64,000 nt of DNA from an uncultured Arcobacter sp. (GTDB taxonomy: Bacteria > Campylobacterota > Campylobacteria > Campylobacterales > Arcobacteraceae). A program made the translations under genes and the position numbers. Under the pieces are notes generated by a model that saw nothing but the letters and a program-made list of their open reading frames with translations, did not search any database and was not told the origin of the DNA. This document shows, in pieces, positions 17,409-26,504 of the stretch (the stretch's first letter is position 1; the number at the start of each line of letters is the position of its first letter). Location: positions 28,485 through 92,484 of the forward strand of contig CAYZST010000002.1 of the NCBI GenBank assembly GCA_964480765.1, written 5' to 3'.

Positions 17409-20264
17409 TTATCTGATGGTAATATCTAAATTAAATTTTGCCCATTTAAGAGTAGTATCTGTTTGTTCTTCTATATCTTCAATTTTGATAGCCTCTTTTT
17501 CGAGCTTTTTTTCAACTGTTAAATACTCTATTATATTTTTTACTCTATTAGTTGCTAATGTTTTTAATTCTTCAATTGTAACTAATTGTTTACTAGCAAG
17601 TGTTTTTCTTAAAAACTCGACATATGAATTATTGTCAAACTTTTTATTTTTTTTATTGATAAATAACTTTTTAATCTCTTTTAATGGTTTCTCATTTTTC
17701 TCTTTTTTATAAATCTCTTCTAATGCAATTTTGTATTCATCCCCTTTTAGAATCTTTTTCATTATATTCTCTAAGTATTTATCAAATTTTATATTTTGAA
17801 TTGCTAATTTATCTTTTATTGGATTATACGCAGGTTTTACTACAATTGCTAGTTTTGGTTTTTTTGATAAAATTTTTGCAATATTATCTAAAGACTCTTT
17901 TTCTGAAACAATAATATCACTTTTTCCATACTCAAAATCTAAACTCTTTATTTTCTCTTCATCTATTCCAAAAACTGAAGCAAGAAATGTAAATGGTGCA
18001 GATATAGCTTTTATAATTAAATTTGTGAATAGTTTCCAAACTATTGGTATAATCGAAAACTGTGGATCATCAACATTTCCTGTTATTGGAAGTTTAATAT
18101 CAATTACTTTTTCAGAGTCTTCAAGTAAAGCAATAGCAAATTCAAGAGGTAGATTTACTGCATTTTTACTTTTTATCTCTTTACCTAATTTAATATCACT
18201 AATAATAACTAGGTTTTCAGCTTTTAAGTTTGATTTTTTAATATTGTATCTTAAATCAAGGTTTAATTTTCCACTTTGTATCTCTCTACCTACAAATTTA
18301 TTAGAATAGGGTGTGAGATTTTTAATTGCAATATTTTTAAATAATAAATTTGTATTAGTAAGAAGTTTAATATCGTTTATATCAACTGTACCAGTAATTT
18401 TTGTATATCCATACTTATCAACTTTTCCTTCAAGTTGTAGTTTTGTTGGTTTTGAGCTATTTGAATTAAGTCTTGAAAATTCTCCACTTAATTGTGTTAC
18501 ATCAGTTTTAAAAGGTATAGGTAGATTCTTATCCTCAAATTTCATTGTCATTTTATCTATTTTAACTGGACCTATATCAAATTCAAAATCAGATTTTTTA
18601 CTACTTTTTTCTTTTTTTACTATCTCTTCTTTTGATTCATTAGTTTTTCTATTTTGCTTCCCTAAAGTAATAAGGAAATAGGGTCTACTTATAGTTGAAT
18701 TTGCTATTGTTAATCTATTTTCTTTATGGGATATATTTTCTATATCAATAATAATATTTTTTGCCAAAATATCTTTTCCCCCTTTTATATCGTTTAGGGA
18801 AAAAGACTCCTTATTTATATTAAAGTTTTTTATTTCAATTTGATTATCAATTAGTGATGTATTATTTGCTATAAGATTTAGGTTTTTGGTGCTTAAATTT
18901 AAACTATTTTTAGAATCATTTATTTTTATGTTTGGGATTTTTAACATAGTTTTTTCTAAACTTAATTTTGACTTATTTAAAATGAGATTATTATTTGTAA
19001 AAGCAAGATTCTCTACTAAAATATCAATATTATTTTTGTGTTTAAAATCAAGTGAATGGTTATTTAATTTTATATTTTTTACTGTTAATTTATCACTTTG
19101 TAATAAATCTAATACTTCAATATTTAAGTTATTTAGTTTTGTACTAAATTGGTTTTGTAAATCAATAAAATTAATATTTGAATTAGCAAGTGTAAATTCA
19201 TTGAGTAATAAGTTCCATGAATCCACTATATTTTCACTTGTTTCTGTTTTCTTTTGTAGATTAAAAAGTTTTGAGTAGTTTATTATTCCCTCTTTATTTC
19301 TTTGGATTTTTGAGTTTAGAGTATCTATATGAAATTTAGTGATTTCCATACTATTTTTTGGGTAGTAAATATTAATATCCTCTATAATAAAATGCTTAAA
19401 AGCAAAGATGGAGGTTTTATTTTGTTTAATATCAATATTATGAAGGTTAAAATTTGCTTTATTAATTTCAAATTTTAATTTATTTGTTGTATCAATTTTG
19501 TATCCAAAATCTAAGTCAAGATAGGCATTTTTCTCTAGCTCAAAATTAAATAGATCTTGTTTATAAGCTAAATAGTCATTTGGTTTAAGATTTTGAAGTT
19601 TCATATTACCATACATTTTAAATGGATTTAATCTTAGTCCACCTTTTATTTCTACTTTTGTTTCTTTATTTATTAATGCATTAAATGAGTGAGATGCAAG
19701 TATATTTTGAAAAGTTCCTATATTATAAAAAGTATAATTAAGATTATGCAGATTTAATTTATATGGTTCTTTATTTAAGTTTAATTTTGTAAAAGTTATC
19801 TTTGCATTTTTTATTGCAGTTTTAAGTACTTGAAACTCTAAGTTAGAGTTTGACTCACTTTTATCTTTTTTAGTAGGTTTTATTAATTTTTCTAAATTAA
19901 AACTTTCATTTTCATATTGGATAATATTTATATAGGGATTATCAATTTCTAAATTTTTAAAATTTATATGTTTCTTATTTAAGGATGTGACTAAAGAGAA
20001 ATCTAACAATATTTTATCAATAGTAAAAGTAGTAGTTTTTTTATCAAATATTTTAATATTATATGCAGAGAATTTTAATAAAAAAGGATTAAATTCTATT
20101 TTTTTGATTGTAATTTTTTGTGTTATATTTGCATTAATGATTTCTTCAATTTTAGGTTTTGCTATCTTAGGGATGGCAATAAAACCTAAAATAGTATATA
20201 TTAGAAAAATTGAGGAAAGAGTTATAAATAATTTGTTATTTTTCATAATTAGTCCTATTATCAT
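17409..20264 (-). CDS. Large N-terminally anchored Asn/Lys-rich protein, DUF748/AsmA-like
   Basis: 951 aa with a single N-terminal TM and a long repetitive beta-rich region. The C-terminal part is typical of what I recall as DUF748 proteins. Many antisense shadow ORFs lie opposite it. Confidence 0.55.
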   Translation of the reverse strand: MIIGLIMKNNKLFITLSSIFLIYTILGFIAIPKIAKPKIEEIINANITQKITIKKIEFNPFLLKFSAYNIKIFDKKTTTFTIDKILLDFSLVTSLNKKHINFKNLEIDNPYINIIQYENESFNLEKLIKPTKKDKSESNSNLEFQVLKTAIKNAKITFTKLNLNKEPYKLNLHNLNYTFYNIGTFQNILASHSFNALINKETKVEIKGGLRLNPFKMYGNMKLQNLKPNDYLAYKQDLFNFELEKNAYLDLDFGYKIDTTNKLKFEINKANFNLHNIDIKQNKTSIFAFKHFIIEDINIYYPKNSMEITKFHIDTLNSKIQRNKEGIINYSKLFNLQKKTETSENIVDSWNLLLNEFTLANSNINFIDLQNQFSTKLNNLNIEVLDLLQSDKLTVKNIKLNNHSLDFKHKNNIDILVENLAFTNNNLILNKSKLSLEKTMLKIPNIKINDSKNSLNLSTKNLNLIANNTSLIDNQIEIKNFNINKESFSLNDIKGGKDILAKNIIIDIENISHKENRLTIANSTISRPYFLITLGKQNRKTNESKEEIVKKEKSSKKSDFEFDIGPVKIDKMTMKFEDKNLPIPFKTDVTQLSGEFSRLNSNSSKPTKLQLEGKVDKYGYTKITGTVDINDIKLLTNTNLLFKNIAIKNLTPYSNKFVGREIQSGKLNLDLRYNIKKSNLKAENLVIISDIKLGKEIKSKNAVNLPLEFAIALLEDSEKVIDIKLPITGNVDDPQFSIIPIVWKLFTNLIIKAISAPFTFLASVFGIDEEKIKSLDFEYGKSDIIVSEKESLDNIAKILSKKPKLAIVVKPAYNPIKDKLAIQNIKFDKYLENIMKKILKGDEYKIALEEIYKKEKNEKPLKEIKKLFINKKNKKFDNNSYVEFLRKTLASKQLVTIEELKTLATNRVKNIIEYLTVEKKLEKEAIKIEDIEEQTDTTLKWAKFNLDITIR

Positions 20265-20517
20265 ACCCTTAAATTATAACACAGCTATGTTAATAAAAAA
20301 TTGTTATATTTAAATTATTAATAAGTTTGTTCTCTTGAAATATCTTTTTTTTTCAACAGAAAAATTATGTTCATAGTTTAATTTTTAAAAAATTTATATG
20401 TTTGATAAAGTAAATAGTGTAAATAGTTTAAGTAGAATAAATCTTATATTTTATTGTTAAGTTTTAGATTGTTATTTATAAAGATAAAAGTTAATATTTT
20501 TTCTTTTATTTACTATT

Positions 20518-20531
20518 TGGTACAATCGCGA
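20518..20531 (+). promoter_or_regulatory. Putative extended -10 promoter (TGgTACAAT) plus CGCGA discriminator for dapE
   Basis: TGGTACAATCGCGA lies 17-30 nt upstream of ATG 20548. The same TAYAATCGCGA string recurs at 29158-29168. Confidence 0.4.
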
Positions 20532-20547
20532 CTATGAAAGGATAGCA

Positions 20548-21648
20548 ATGACAGTTATAGAGTTATTTCAAAGATTATTAAGATTTAAATCTGTTACGCC
20601 AAATGATGATGGAGCATTTGATTTTATTAAAGAGTATTTAGGAGATACTTGGAAGTGTATTAATGTAGATTTAGAAGGTGTGAAAAATAGATTTTATTAT
20701 AAAAAATTTAATAATAATCCTCAACATTTATGTTTTGCTGGACATATTGATGTTGTACCACCTGGAGAAGGGTGGGAGGTAGATCCTTTTGCTGCTGATA
20801 TAGTTGATGGTGTAATAACTGCAAGGGGTACACAAGATATGAAAAGTGGTGATGCAGCATTTTTATATGCTTGTAAACATACACAAAATTTTGATGGAAC
20901 TTTAAGTATTTTAATGACTTCTGATGAAGAGGGAGAAGGAACTTATGGAACTATTAAAATGCTTGAATATTTAAAAGATATTGATTTTATTCCTCATTAT
21001 GCGGTTGTTGCAGAACCTACTTGTGAAGAGATATTTGGAGATGCCATTAAAGTAGGACGAAGAGGAAGTATCAATGGATATCTTACAATTAAGGGGAAAC
21101 AAGGTCATGCAGCATATCCAGACAAGTGCATAAATCCAGTACATAATTTTGCAGAAATTTTGCCTAGAATTGCAGGAAAAAATCTAGATGATGGTGATGA
21201 ATATTTTGCTCCATCTAAAATGGTGATTACTGACATTAGAGGTGGAATGAAAGTTACAAATGTAACACCTAATGAGTTAAAGTTGATGTTTAATGTAAGA
21301 AACTCAACAAATACTACAATAAAGAGTGTTGAAGAGTTTATCCATAAAAATCTTGAAGGTTTAGAATATGAGTTTAGAACAACTCAAGGCTCTTTTCCTT
21401 TTGTTACAAATAAAGAATCAAAAGTTGTAAAAGCTATGGAAAACTCTATTTCAAAGATTCTTGGAGTTACTACAAAACATAGTACAGCTGGTGGAACAAG
21501 TGATGCTAGATATTTTGGAAGCTTTGGAATTGAAGCAATTGAGTTTGGAGTAATCAATGATACTATTCATAGTGTTCAAGAGAGAACAACAGTTAAAGAA
21601 GTAGAAGATTTAACTAAAGTTTATATGGATTTAATTGGAAATTTTTAA
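20548..21648 (+). CDS. dapE: Succinyl-diaminopimelate desuccinylase
   Basis: 366-aa M20 peptidase. 'AGHIDVVPPG', 'TSDEEG' and overall DapE-like length and order. Confidence 0.85.
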   Translation: MTVIELFQRLLRFKSVTPNDDGAFDFIKEYLGDTWKCINVDLEGVKNRFYYKKFNNNPQHLCFAGHIDVVPPGEGWEVDPFAADIVDGVITARGTQDMKSGDAAFLYACKHTQNFDGTLSILMTSDEEGEGTYGTIKMLEYLKDIDFIPHYAVVAEPTCEEIFGDAIKVGRRGSINGYLTIKGKQGHAAYPDKCINPVHNFAEILPRIAGKNLDDGDEYFAPSKMVITDIRGGMKVTNVTPNELKLMFNVRNSTNTTIKSVEEFIHKNLEGLEYEFRTTQGSFPFVTNKESKVVKAMENSISKILGVTTKHSTAGGTSDARYFGSFGIEAIEFGVINDTIHSVQERTTVKEVEDLTKVYMDLIGNF

Positions 21649-21668
21649 TAAATTTGTTTAATTTACAT

Positions 21669-22271
21669 TCATTTCTCTTTTAATGTTTTTTTAATTCTAC
21701 TTAAATGAGTAGGTGAAATGCCAAGGTATGAGGCAACATGATGTTGTGAGAGTCTTGGTAAAATATGTTCAAACTCTTTTAAAAATCTTTTATATCTAAC
21801 TTGTGCATCTTCTAATACTAAAGCATAAGTATTATGATCTTTTTGAAGTATCCAATGCTTCTCTAAATATAAGATATGAAACATTTTTAAATCTTCAAAA
21901 TCTTTTAGAATTTTTCTATATTCTGTATGATTTATATCAATAACAATTGAGTTCTCTAAAGCTTGTACACAGGATGTAATAGGACTATTACTTAATAATG
22001 AAACCATTGGTCCATAAAATCTTGTTTCCCAAAAGAAGTTTTTAGTATACTCTTCACCATACTCATTTGTTGAATATGTTCTAAAAAGCCCCTTGTAAAC
22101 AAAAGAGATTTCATCTACTTCATCATATATATCAAAAGCAAAACTATTTTTTTTTATTTCTCTTATGGTAGATATTTTTTTAAACTCATTCCATGTTAGT
22201 TCTGAAATAGGGTAGTAACTGTCAAGAGTCTTTTTCAAAGATTCTAATATTTGTATTTTATTTAAATTCAT
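21669..22271 (-). CDS. Crp/Fnr-family transcriptional regulator
   Basis: cNMP-binding-like N-domain and a C-terminal HTH 'QHHVASYLGISPTHLSRIKK'. Start moved to ATG 22271 (MNLNKIQ…) because the longer start encodes low-complexity sequence overlapping the divergent gene. Confidence 0.75.
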   Translation of the reverse strand: MNLNKIQILESLKKTLDSYYPISELTWNEFKKISTIREIKKNSFAFDIYDEVDEISFVYKGLFRTYSTNEYGEEYTKNFFWETRFYGPMVSLLSNSPITSCVQALENSIVIDINHTEYRKILKDFEDLKMFHILYLEKHWILQKDHNTYALVLEDAQVRYKRFLKEFEHILPRLSQHHVASYLGISPTHLSRIKKTLKEK

Positions 22272-22384
22272 ATTCTCTCTACTATTTTTTTGCAAAGAAT
22301 AGTATATCTTTATTAAAAAATCAACATATGTAAATGACAAAAATAAAATATTATAATAATCTTCGGATAAAAAAAGGAAAAAAT

Positions 22385-23263
22385 ATGTCAAAAGAGTTAA
22401 ATGCCCATCTAATTATTTTATTTGCAACTTTTTTAGTGGGAGGTTCTTTTATTGTATCTCAAAAACTATCAGGAATAATAGATCCTATTTCAATCACACT
22501 TTTAAGATTTGTTATTGCTTCAGTTATCTTAGCACCCATTGTGTTATGGAAAAAAAGTTATAGAGAGAAGATTGGAGCTACTTTTAAAAGAGCGATGATT
22601 ATTAGTTTTTTTTATTCACTATTTTTTATTGGATTATTTACCTCTTTAGAGTATACAACAGCATTAAATACAGGTACTATTTTTACTCTTGTACCTTTAA
22701 TAACAGCAATAATATCAATTTTTGTTTTTTCACAAAAAATACCATTAAAACAATATCTTGTTTATTTTGTAGGGATTGTTGGAACTTGTATTGTAGTTTT
22801 TAAAGGTAGTTTTGACCTTTTTGTATCTCTTCATTTAAATAAAGGGGATATTCTATTTCTTTTTTCTATTTTTTCTATGGCTTTATATTCTGTATGTGCA
22901 AAATATTTTCATAAAAAAGATGATAAGTTAATTGTTTTAGTTTTTTTGACACTTGTTGGTGGTTCTATTTGGATGACAATTGCTTTATTAGTTTTTGATA
23001 TTCCTTTACAATGGGATAGAATTAATGGGCGAGAGATTTCATATATGGCTTATTTAAGTATTGCAGCAACACTAATTACTTCATATTTGTATCAGAAAGG
23101 AACTATAATATTAGGACCTAAAAAAGTTATGGCATATGTATATTTAAATCCAGCCTCAATTGCAATACTAATGTTTGTTTTTGAATCAGTAGGTGTAAAT
23201 CTTTTTATGGCGATAGGTATTTTAGTATCTTCTTTGGCTACTTTTATTCTACTAAGAGAATAA
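22385..23263 (+). CDS. DMT-superfamily (EamA-type) transporter
   Basis: About 10 hydrophobic helices in a two-EamA-repeat organisation. Start refined to ATG 22385 (MSKELNAHL…). Confidence 0.8.
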   Translation: MSKELNAHLIILFATFLVGGSFIVSQKLSGIIDPISITLLRFVIASVILAPIVLWKKSYREKIGATFKRAMIISFFYSLFFIGLFTSLEYTTALNTGTIFTLVPLITAIISIFVFSQKIPLKQYLVYFVGIVGTCIVVFKGSFDLFVSLHLNKGDILFLFSIFSMALYSVCAKYFHKKDDKLIVLVFLTLVGGSIWMTIALLVFDIPLQWDRINGREISYMAYLSIAATLITSYLYQKGTIILGPKKVMAYVYLNPASIAILMFVFESVGVNLFMAIGILVSSLATFILLRE

Positions 23264-23303
23264 AAGTTTGGTGATAAGTAGTAAAGTAAGTAAGTATTTT
23301 TAC

Positions 23304-24038
23304 TTACCTATCTTTAATTTCTACTCCATATTCTTGAAGCATTTTTATCCAATTGACTCTTTCACCTTTTGTATCAAATAATGCAGGTGTTCCTCCTATT
23401 CCTAATTCATTTGCAATAGCCATTTGCTCATCTAAACTTTTTTGTAATTTTTCTAATTCATTTTTTGAAATTTTTCTATTTATAAATGCAGGTGTATCTT
23501 TTGTAGTAGAAAGCATTGCTTTTATTTTAGCTTCATAAGATTTTTGACTCATTATATATAAAGAAATATCTTTTGCATCTTTATGAATGTTAAGAGGGAA
23601 AAAGAAAACTCTAATTTTTACTTTATCTTCAATTTGAGAAAAATATGATTCAAACTCTTTACAATATGGACATTCTGGGTCAGTAAATAGAATATACTCA
23701 TCTTTACCTTTACCAAATGTGAAAGCCTCTTTTCCAAGTGTTGGTTTTATATCAACTGGAATTTCAAGTAGTGTACCATCTTTTATACTAATAACATCAC
23801 CTGCAATTAAATATTTTTTATCCTTAGAAAGATAGATTTGTTCAGAATTACCTCTAACTGAAACATTTAGAAGATATAAACTTTTTGCATCATATGCTGA
23901 TTTAACTATTATTTGAGCCTTTTGAAAAAGTTCAAGATTCTGAATCTCTTTTATTTCTTTGTCAGATATTGGAGTAACTGCGTATGTCGTTGAAATCAAT
24001 GCAAATAAAATTGCAAAAACTTTAATAATTTTTTTCAT
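23304..24038 (-). CDS. Periplasmic thiol:disulfide interchange protein, DsbC/DsbG-like
   Basis: Signal peptide (MKKIIKVFAILFALIST), a thioredoxin-fold 'CPYC' motif and a C-terminal 'GTPA'. Start refined to ATG 24038 with an AGGAAA RBS. Confidence 0.75.
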   Translation of the reverse strand: MKKIIKVFAILFALISTTYAVTPISDKEIKEIQNLELFQKAQIIVKSAYDAKSLYLLNVSVRGNSEQIYLSKDKKYLIAGDVISIKDGTLLEIPVDIKPTLGKEAFTFGKGKDEYILFTDPECPYCKEFESYFSQIEDKVKIRVFFFPLNIHKDAKDISLYIMSQKSYEAKIKAMLSTTKDTPAFINRKISKNELEKLQKSLDEQMAIANELGIGGTPALFDTKGERVNWIKMLQEYGVEIKDR

Positions 24039-24173
24039 TGTTTTTCCTGTAAATAAATTTATGACATAATACAATTTTTATGTTTAGAAATCGTGAAGAA
24101 AATTTCTTTTTTTGATAGATGGGTATAAAAAACTTATAGGATGTTATCCTAGAAATATTTTTAAATAAAAGTG

Positions 24174-24533
24174 TTAATTTTCACAAATATTTTTAGAAGT
24201 AATTTCCCCAAACTCTTTAGTATACTCAATTCCCCATTTATACATCTCTTCTAATACAGGCTTTAATCTATTTCCAATATTAGTTAATGAATAAACAACT
24301 TTTGGTGGTACTTCTGGAAATGCTTCTCTATGTATAATATTTTTTTCTTCTAATTCTTTTAATTTTATTGTTAATGTTTTCTGTGTAATTTCAGAGATTA
24401 ATTCATGTAACTCTTTGAATCTTTTTTCAGAATCTAATAGATGCCAAATAATTGCTAACTTCCATCTATCATTAAATATATCTAGGGTTACAGCTACTGA
24501 ACATTTATATTTTTTATCATTTATTAAATACAT
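24174..24533 (-). CDS. HxlR-family transcriptional regulator
   Basis: 119 aa. 'CSVAVTLDIFNDRWKLAIIWHL' and 'RFKELHELISEITQKTLTIKLKELEEKNIIHRE' match the HxlR pattern. Confidence 0.85.
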   Translation of the reverse strand: MYLINDKKYKCSVAVTLDIFNDRWKLAIIWHLLDSEKRFKELHELISEITQKTLTIKLKELEEKNIIHREAFPEVPPKVVYSLTNIGNRLKPVLEEMYKWGIEYTKEFGEITSKNICEN

Positions 24534-24554
24534 TTTATTCCTTTATCTGAGAAA

Positions 24555-24573
24555 TTATATCATAAAGATATAA
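24555..24573. promoter_or_regulatory. Inverted repeat TTATATC-N5-GATATAA next to the hxlR-like start (candidate operator)
   Basis: Perfect 7-bp arms 22 nt upstream of the HxlR-family gene, in the divergent region shared with the nitroreductase gene. Confidence 0.3.
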
Positions 24574-24691
24574 AAGTTACATTACTTACCTAAAATAAAG
24601 CAAGGATAAATTAAGTTTATAAGATATATAATTTCCAAAATTAAAATGTAGAGATTAATAAAATGGTTAAAACTTATAAAAGGAGATATTA

Positions 24692-25321
24692 ATGGATAAA
24701 ACGTTTATGGAAGCTATGGATTTTAGACATGCATGTAAGATATTTGATGAGAGTAAAAAAATCTCTGAAGAGGAGTTCAATTTTATTTTAGAAGCAGGAA
24801 GAAAATCCCCTTCTTCTTTTGGTATGGAACCTTGGAAATTTCTAGTTATTACAAATGCTAAATTTAAAGAAAAACTAAAACCAGTTTGTTGGGAACAACC
24901 CCAAGTTACAACTTGTTCACATTTAGTTATATTTTTAGCAGCTATTGAAAATGTTAAACCTGAATCAGGAGTTCCAAGAAAAAAGTTTGGAAGAAGAGAA
25001 ATGCCCGAAGAAAAATATGATTTTTATTTAAATCTTTATGCTGATCATTTAGCTGACACCTTATCAACAGATGAAAAAATTTTGGCTTGGACAGCAAGAC
25101 AGAATTATATAGCTGCTGCAAATATGATGACAGCGGCTGCTATTAAAGGAGTTGATTCTTGTCCAATTGAAGGTTTTGAGAAAGAGAAAGTAGAAGAGCT
25201 TTTGGAACTTGATACTAAAAAATATCAAGTGGCATTAATAGTACCTTTTGGGTATAGAATAAATGAACAATCATCTCAATTAAGGGAAAAATTAGAAGAT
25301 GTTGTTGATTTTATTAAATAG
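24692..25321 (+). CDS. NAD(P)H nitroreductase-family flavoprotein
   Basis: 209 aa. 'RHACKIFD', 'GRKSPSSFGMEPWKF' and 'DSCPIEGF' are nitroreductase-fold motifs. Divergent from the HxlR regulator. Confidence 0.85.
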   Translation: MDKTFMEAMDFRHACKIFDESKKISEEEFNFILEAGRKSPSSFGMEPWKFLVITNAKFKEKLKPVCWEQPQVTTCSHLVIFLAAIENVKPESGVPRKKFGRREMPEEKYDFYLNLYADHLADTLSTDEKILAWTARQNYIAAANMMTAAAIKGVDSCPIEGFEKEKVEELLELDTKKYQVALIVPFGYRINEQSSQLREKLEDVVDFIK

Positions 25322-25345
25322 TATAGAGAAAAACTTTCTCTATAC
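25321..25345 (+). terminator. Hairpin immediately after the nitroreductase stop
   Basis: 10-bp perfect stem GTATAGAGAA(25321-25330)/TTCTCTATAC(25336-25345) with loop AAACT. Only a short T tract follows. Confidence 0.45.
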
Positions 25346-25390
25346 TTAAAAATATATCTATATCTAAAAATCTAATTCTTTTAAAAATTA

Positions 25391-25470
25391 TCAAAAAGTT
25401 GCTATAATATTTCAAAAAAAATTTCAAAAAGTTGTTGTAATATTTTAAAAAATTGCTATAATTGTTATTT
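25391..25470 (+). repeat. Three tandem promoter-like repeats of about 21 nt (A-tract plus TTG(C/T)T(A/G)TAAT)
   Basis: TCAAAAAGTTGCTATAATATTT (25391), TCAAAAAGTTGTTGTAATATTT (25424) and AAAAAATTGCTATAATTGTT (25447). The core TTG…TAAT starts at 25399, 25432 and 25453. Each carries an extended -10-like TGnT(A/G)TAAT. Confidence 0.6.
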
Positions 25471-25484
25471 TAAAAGGAGTACTT

Positions 25485-26498
25485 ATGTTGGTTTTAGAGA
25501 TAGATGATATTAAAAAAATTATTGATAAAATAGGATTTAAAAAATATTTTTTTAAATTAATTGATTCAATAGAAGAAGATTATAAAGCTTGGGATGAGTT
25601 TGAAAAAATGCCAAGAGTAGCAACCCATGTAGATGGTGGAGTTATTGAACTTATGCCAGTTTCTAATAAAAGTCAATACTCTTTTAAATATGTAAACGGT
25701 CATCCCAAAAATCCAAAAAAAAGTAATAAATTAACAGTTATGGCAACAGGACAACTCTCTTTAGTAGAGACAGGTGAACCTCTTATGTTTTGTGAGATGA
25801 CTTTGTTAACTGCGTTTAGAACGGCTGCAACATCTGCACTTGCTGCAAAATATTTAGCTAAAAAAGATTCAAAGGTTTTATGTTTAATAGGAACAGGTGC
25901 TCAAAGTGAGTTTCAATATCTTGCTTTTTCATATATTTTTGATATAAAAGAGCTTAGATATTATGATATTGATTCTAAAGCAATGGAAAAAATGCAAAAA
26001 AATTTAAGTTCATATGATGTAAAACTAATTGCTTGTAAAAATACACAAGAAGCTGTTGAAAGTGCTGATATTATTACTACTTGTACTGCTGATAAAAAAT
26101 ATCAAACAATTCTCACAAATGAGATGATAAAAAAAGATGTTTTTATTAATGCTATTGGTGGTGATTGTCCTGGTAAAACTGAACTTGAACAAAAGCTTGT
26201 AGAAGAGTCAAAGGTTGTTGTTGAGTTTTTAGAACAGTCTAAAATTGAAGGAGAGATACAGCATTTAGGTGAAGATTATAAGTGTCCAGAACTTCATGAA
26301 ATTGTAAAAAAAGATATATCTTTAAATGTAAGTAAAGATGGTACTATTATTTTTGATTCTGTTGGTTTTGCTTTGCAAGATTACTCTGTACTTAGATTAA
26401 CTTATAATTTAGCAAAAGAGTTAAATATTGGAAAAGATTTAAATTTAATACCTCAAATTGAAGATGTGAAGGATTTATTCTATTTATTAAAGGAGTAG
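25485..26498 (+). CDS. Ornithine cyclodeaminase / mu-crystallin family protein
   Basis: 337 aa. 'MTLLTAFRTAATSALAAKYLA' and the Rossmann 'LIGTGAQSEFQ' are typical of the OCD family. Confidence 0.8.
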   Translation: MLVLEIDDIKKIIDKIGFKKYFFKLIDSIEEDYKAWDEFEKMPRVATHVDGGVIELMPVSNKSQYSFKYVNGHPKNPKKSNKLTVMATGQLSLVETGEPLMFCEMTLLTAFRTAATSALAAKYLAKKDSKVLCLIGTGAQSEFQYLAFSYIFDIKELRYYDIDSKAMEKMQKNLSSYDVKLIACKNTQEAVESADIITTCTADKKYQTILTNEMIKKDVFINAIGGDCPGKTELEQKLVEESKVVVEFLEQSKIEGEIQHLGEDYKCPELHEIVKKDISLNVSKDGTIIFDSVGFALQDYSVLRLTYNLAKELNIGKDLNLIPQIEDVKDLFYLLKE

Positions 26499-26504
26499 TA
26501 GCAT

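Noticed and set aside
17416-20313. Chain of plus-strand ORFs (98-130 aa) opposite the 951-aa DUF748-like gene. Other antisense or internal ORFs of the same kind are 953-1141, 1887-2087, 3095-3340, 3576-3830, 8780-8962, 11008-11202, 11663-11947, 14018-14236, 34966-35268, 48756-48974, 56488-56718, 59795-59989 and 60288-60548.
   Set aside because: These are Phe/Leu/Ile/Ser-rich shadow frames, as expected opposite Lys/Asn/Glu-rich AT-biased genes. They have no motifs or RBSs and are fully contained within well-supported genes.
20410-20427. Tandem 9-mer GTAAATAGT x2 in the 283-bp spacer upstream of dapE. Also a TAATAGTATTA 11-mer recurs about 140 bp apart in 31322-31580.
   Set aside because: These are short AT-only repeats in very AT-rich intergenic DNA. 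They are compatible with chance or slippage and have no associated structure.
25391-25470. Repeated elements of about 21 nt considered as a mini-CRISPR array. The same question applied to the 13-mers at 62503-62559.
   Set aside because: There are only three copies. The repeats are imperfect or too short, the spacings are unequal (33 and 21 nt) or lack unique spacers, and there are no cas genes. They contain -10 consensus sequences and sit directly upstream of genes, so they are regulatory repeats.
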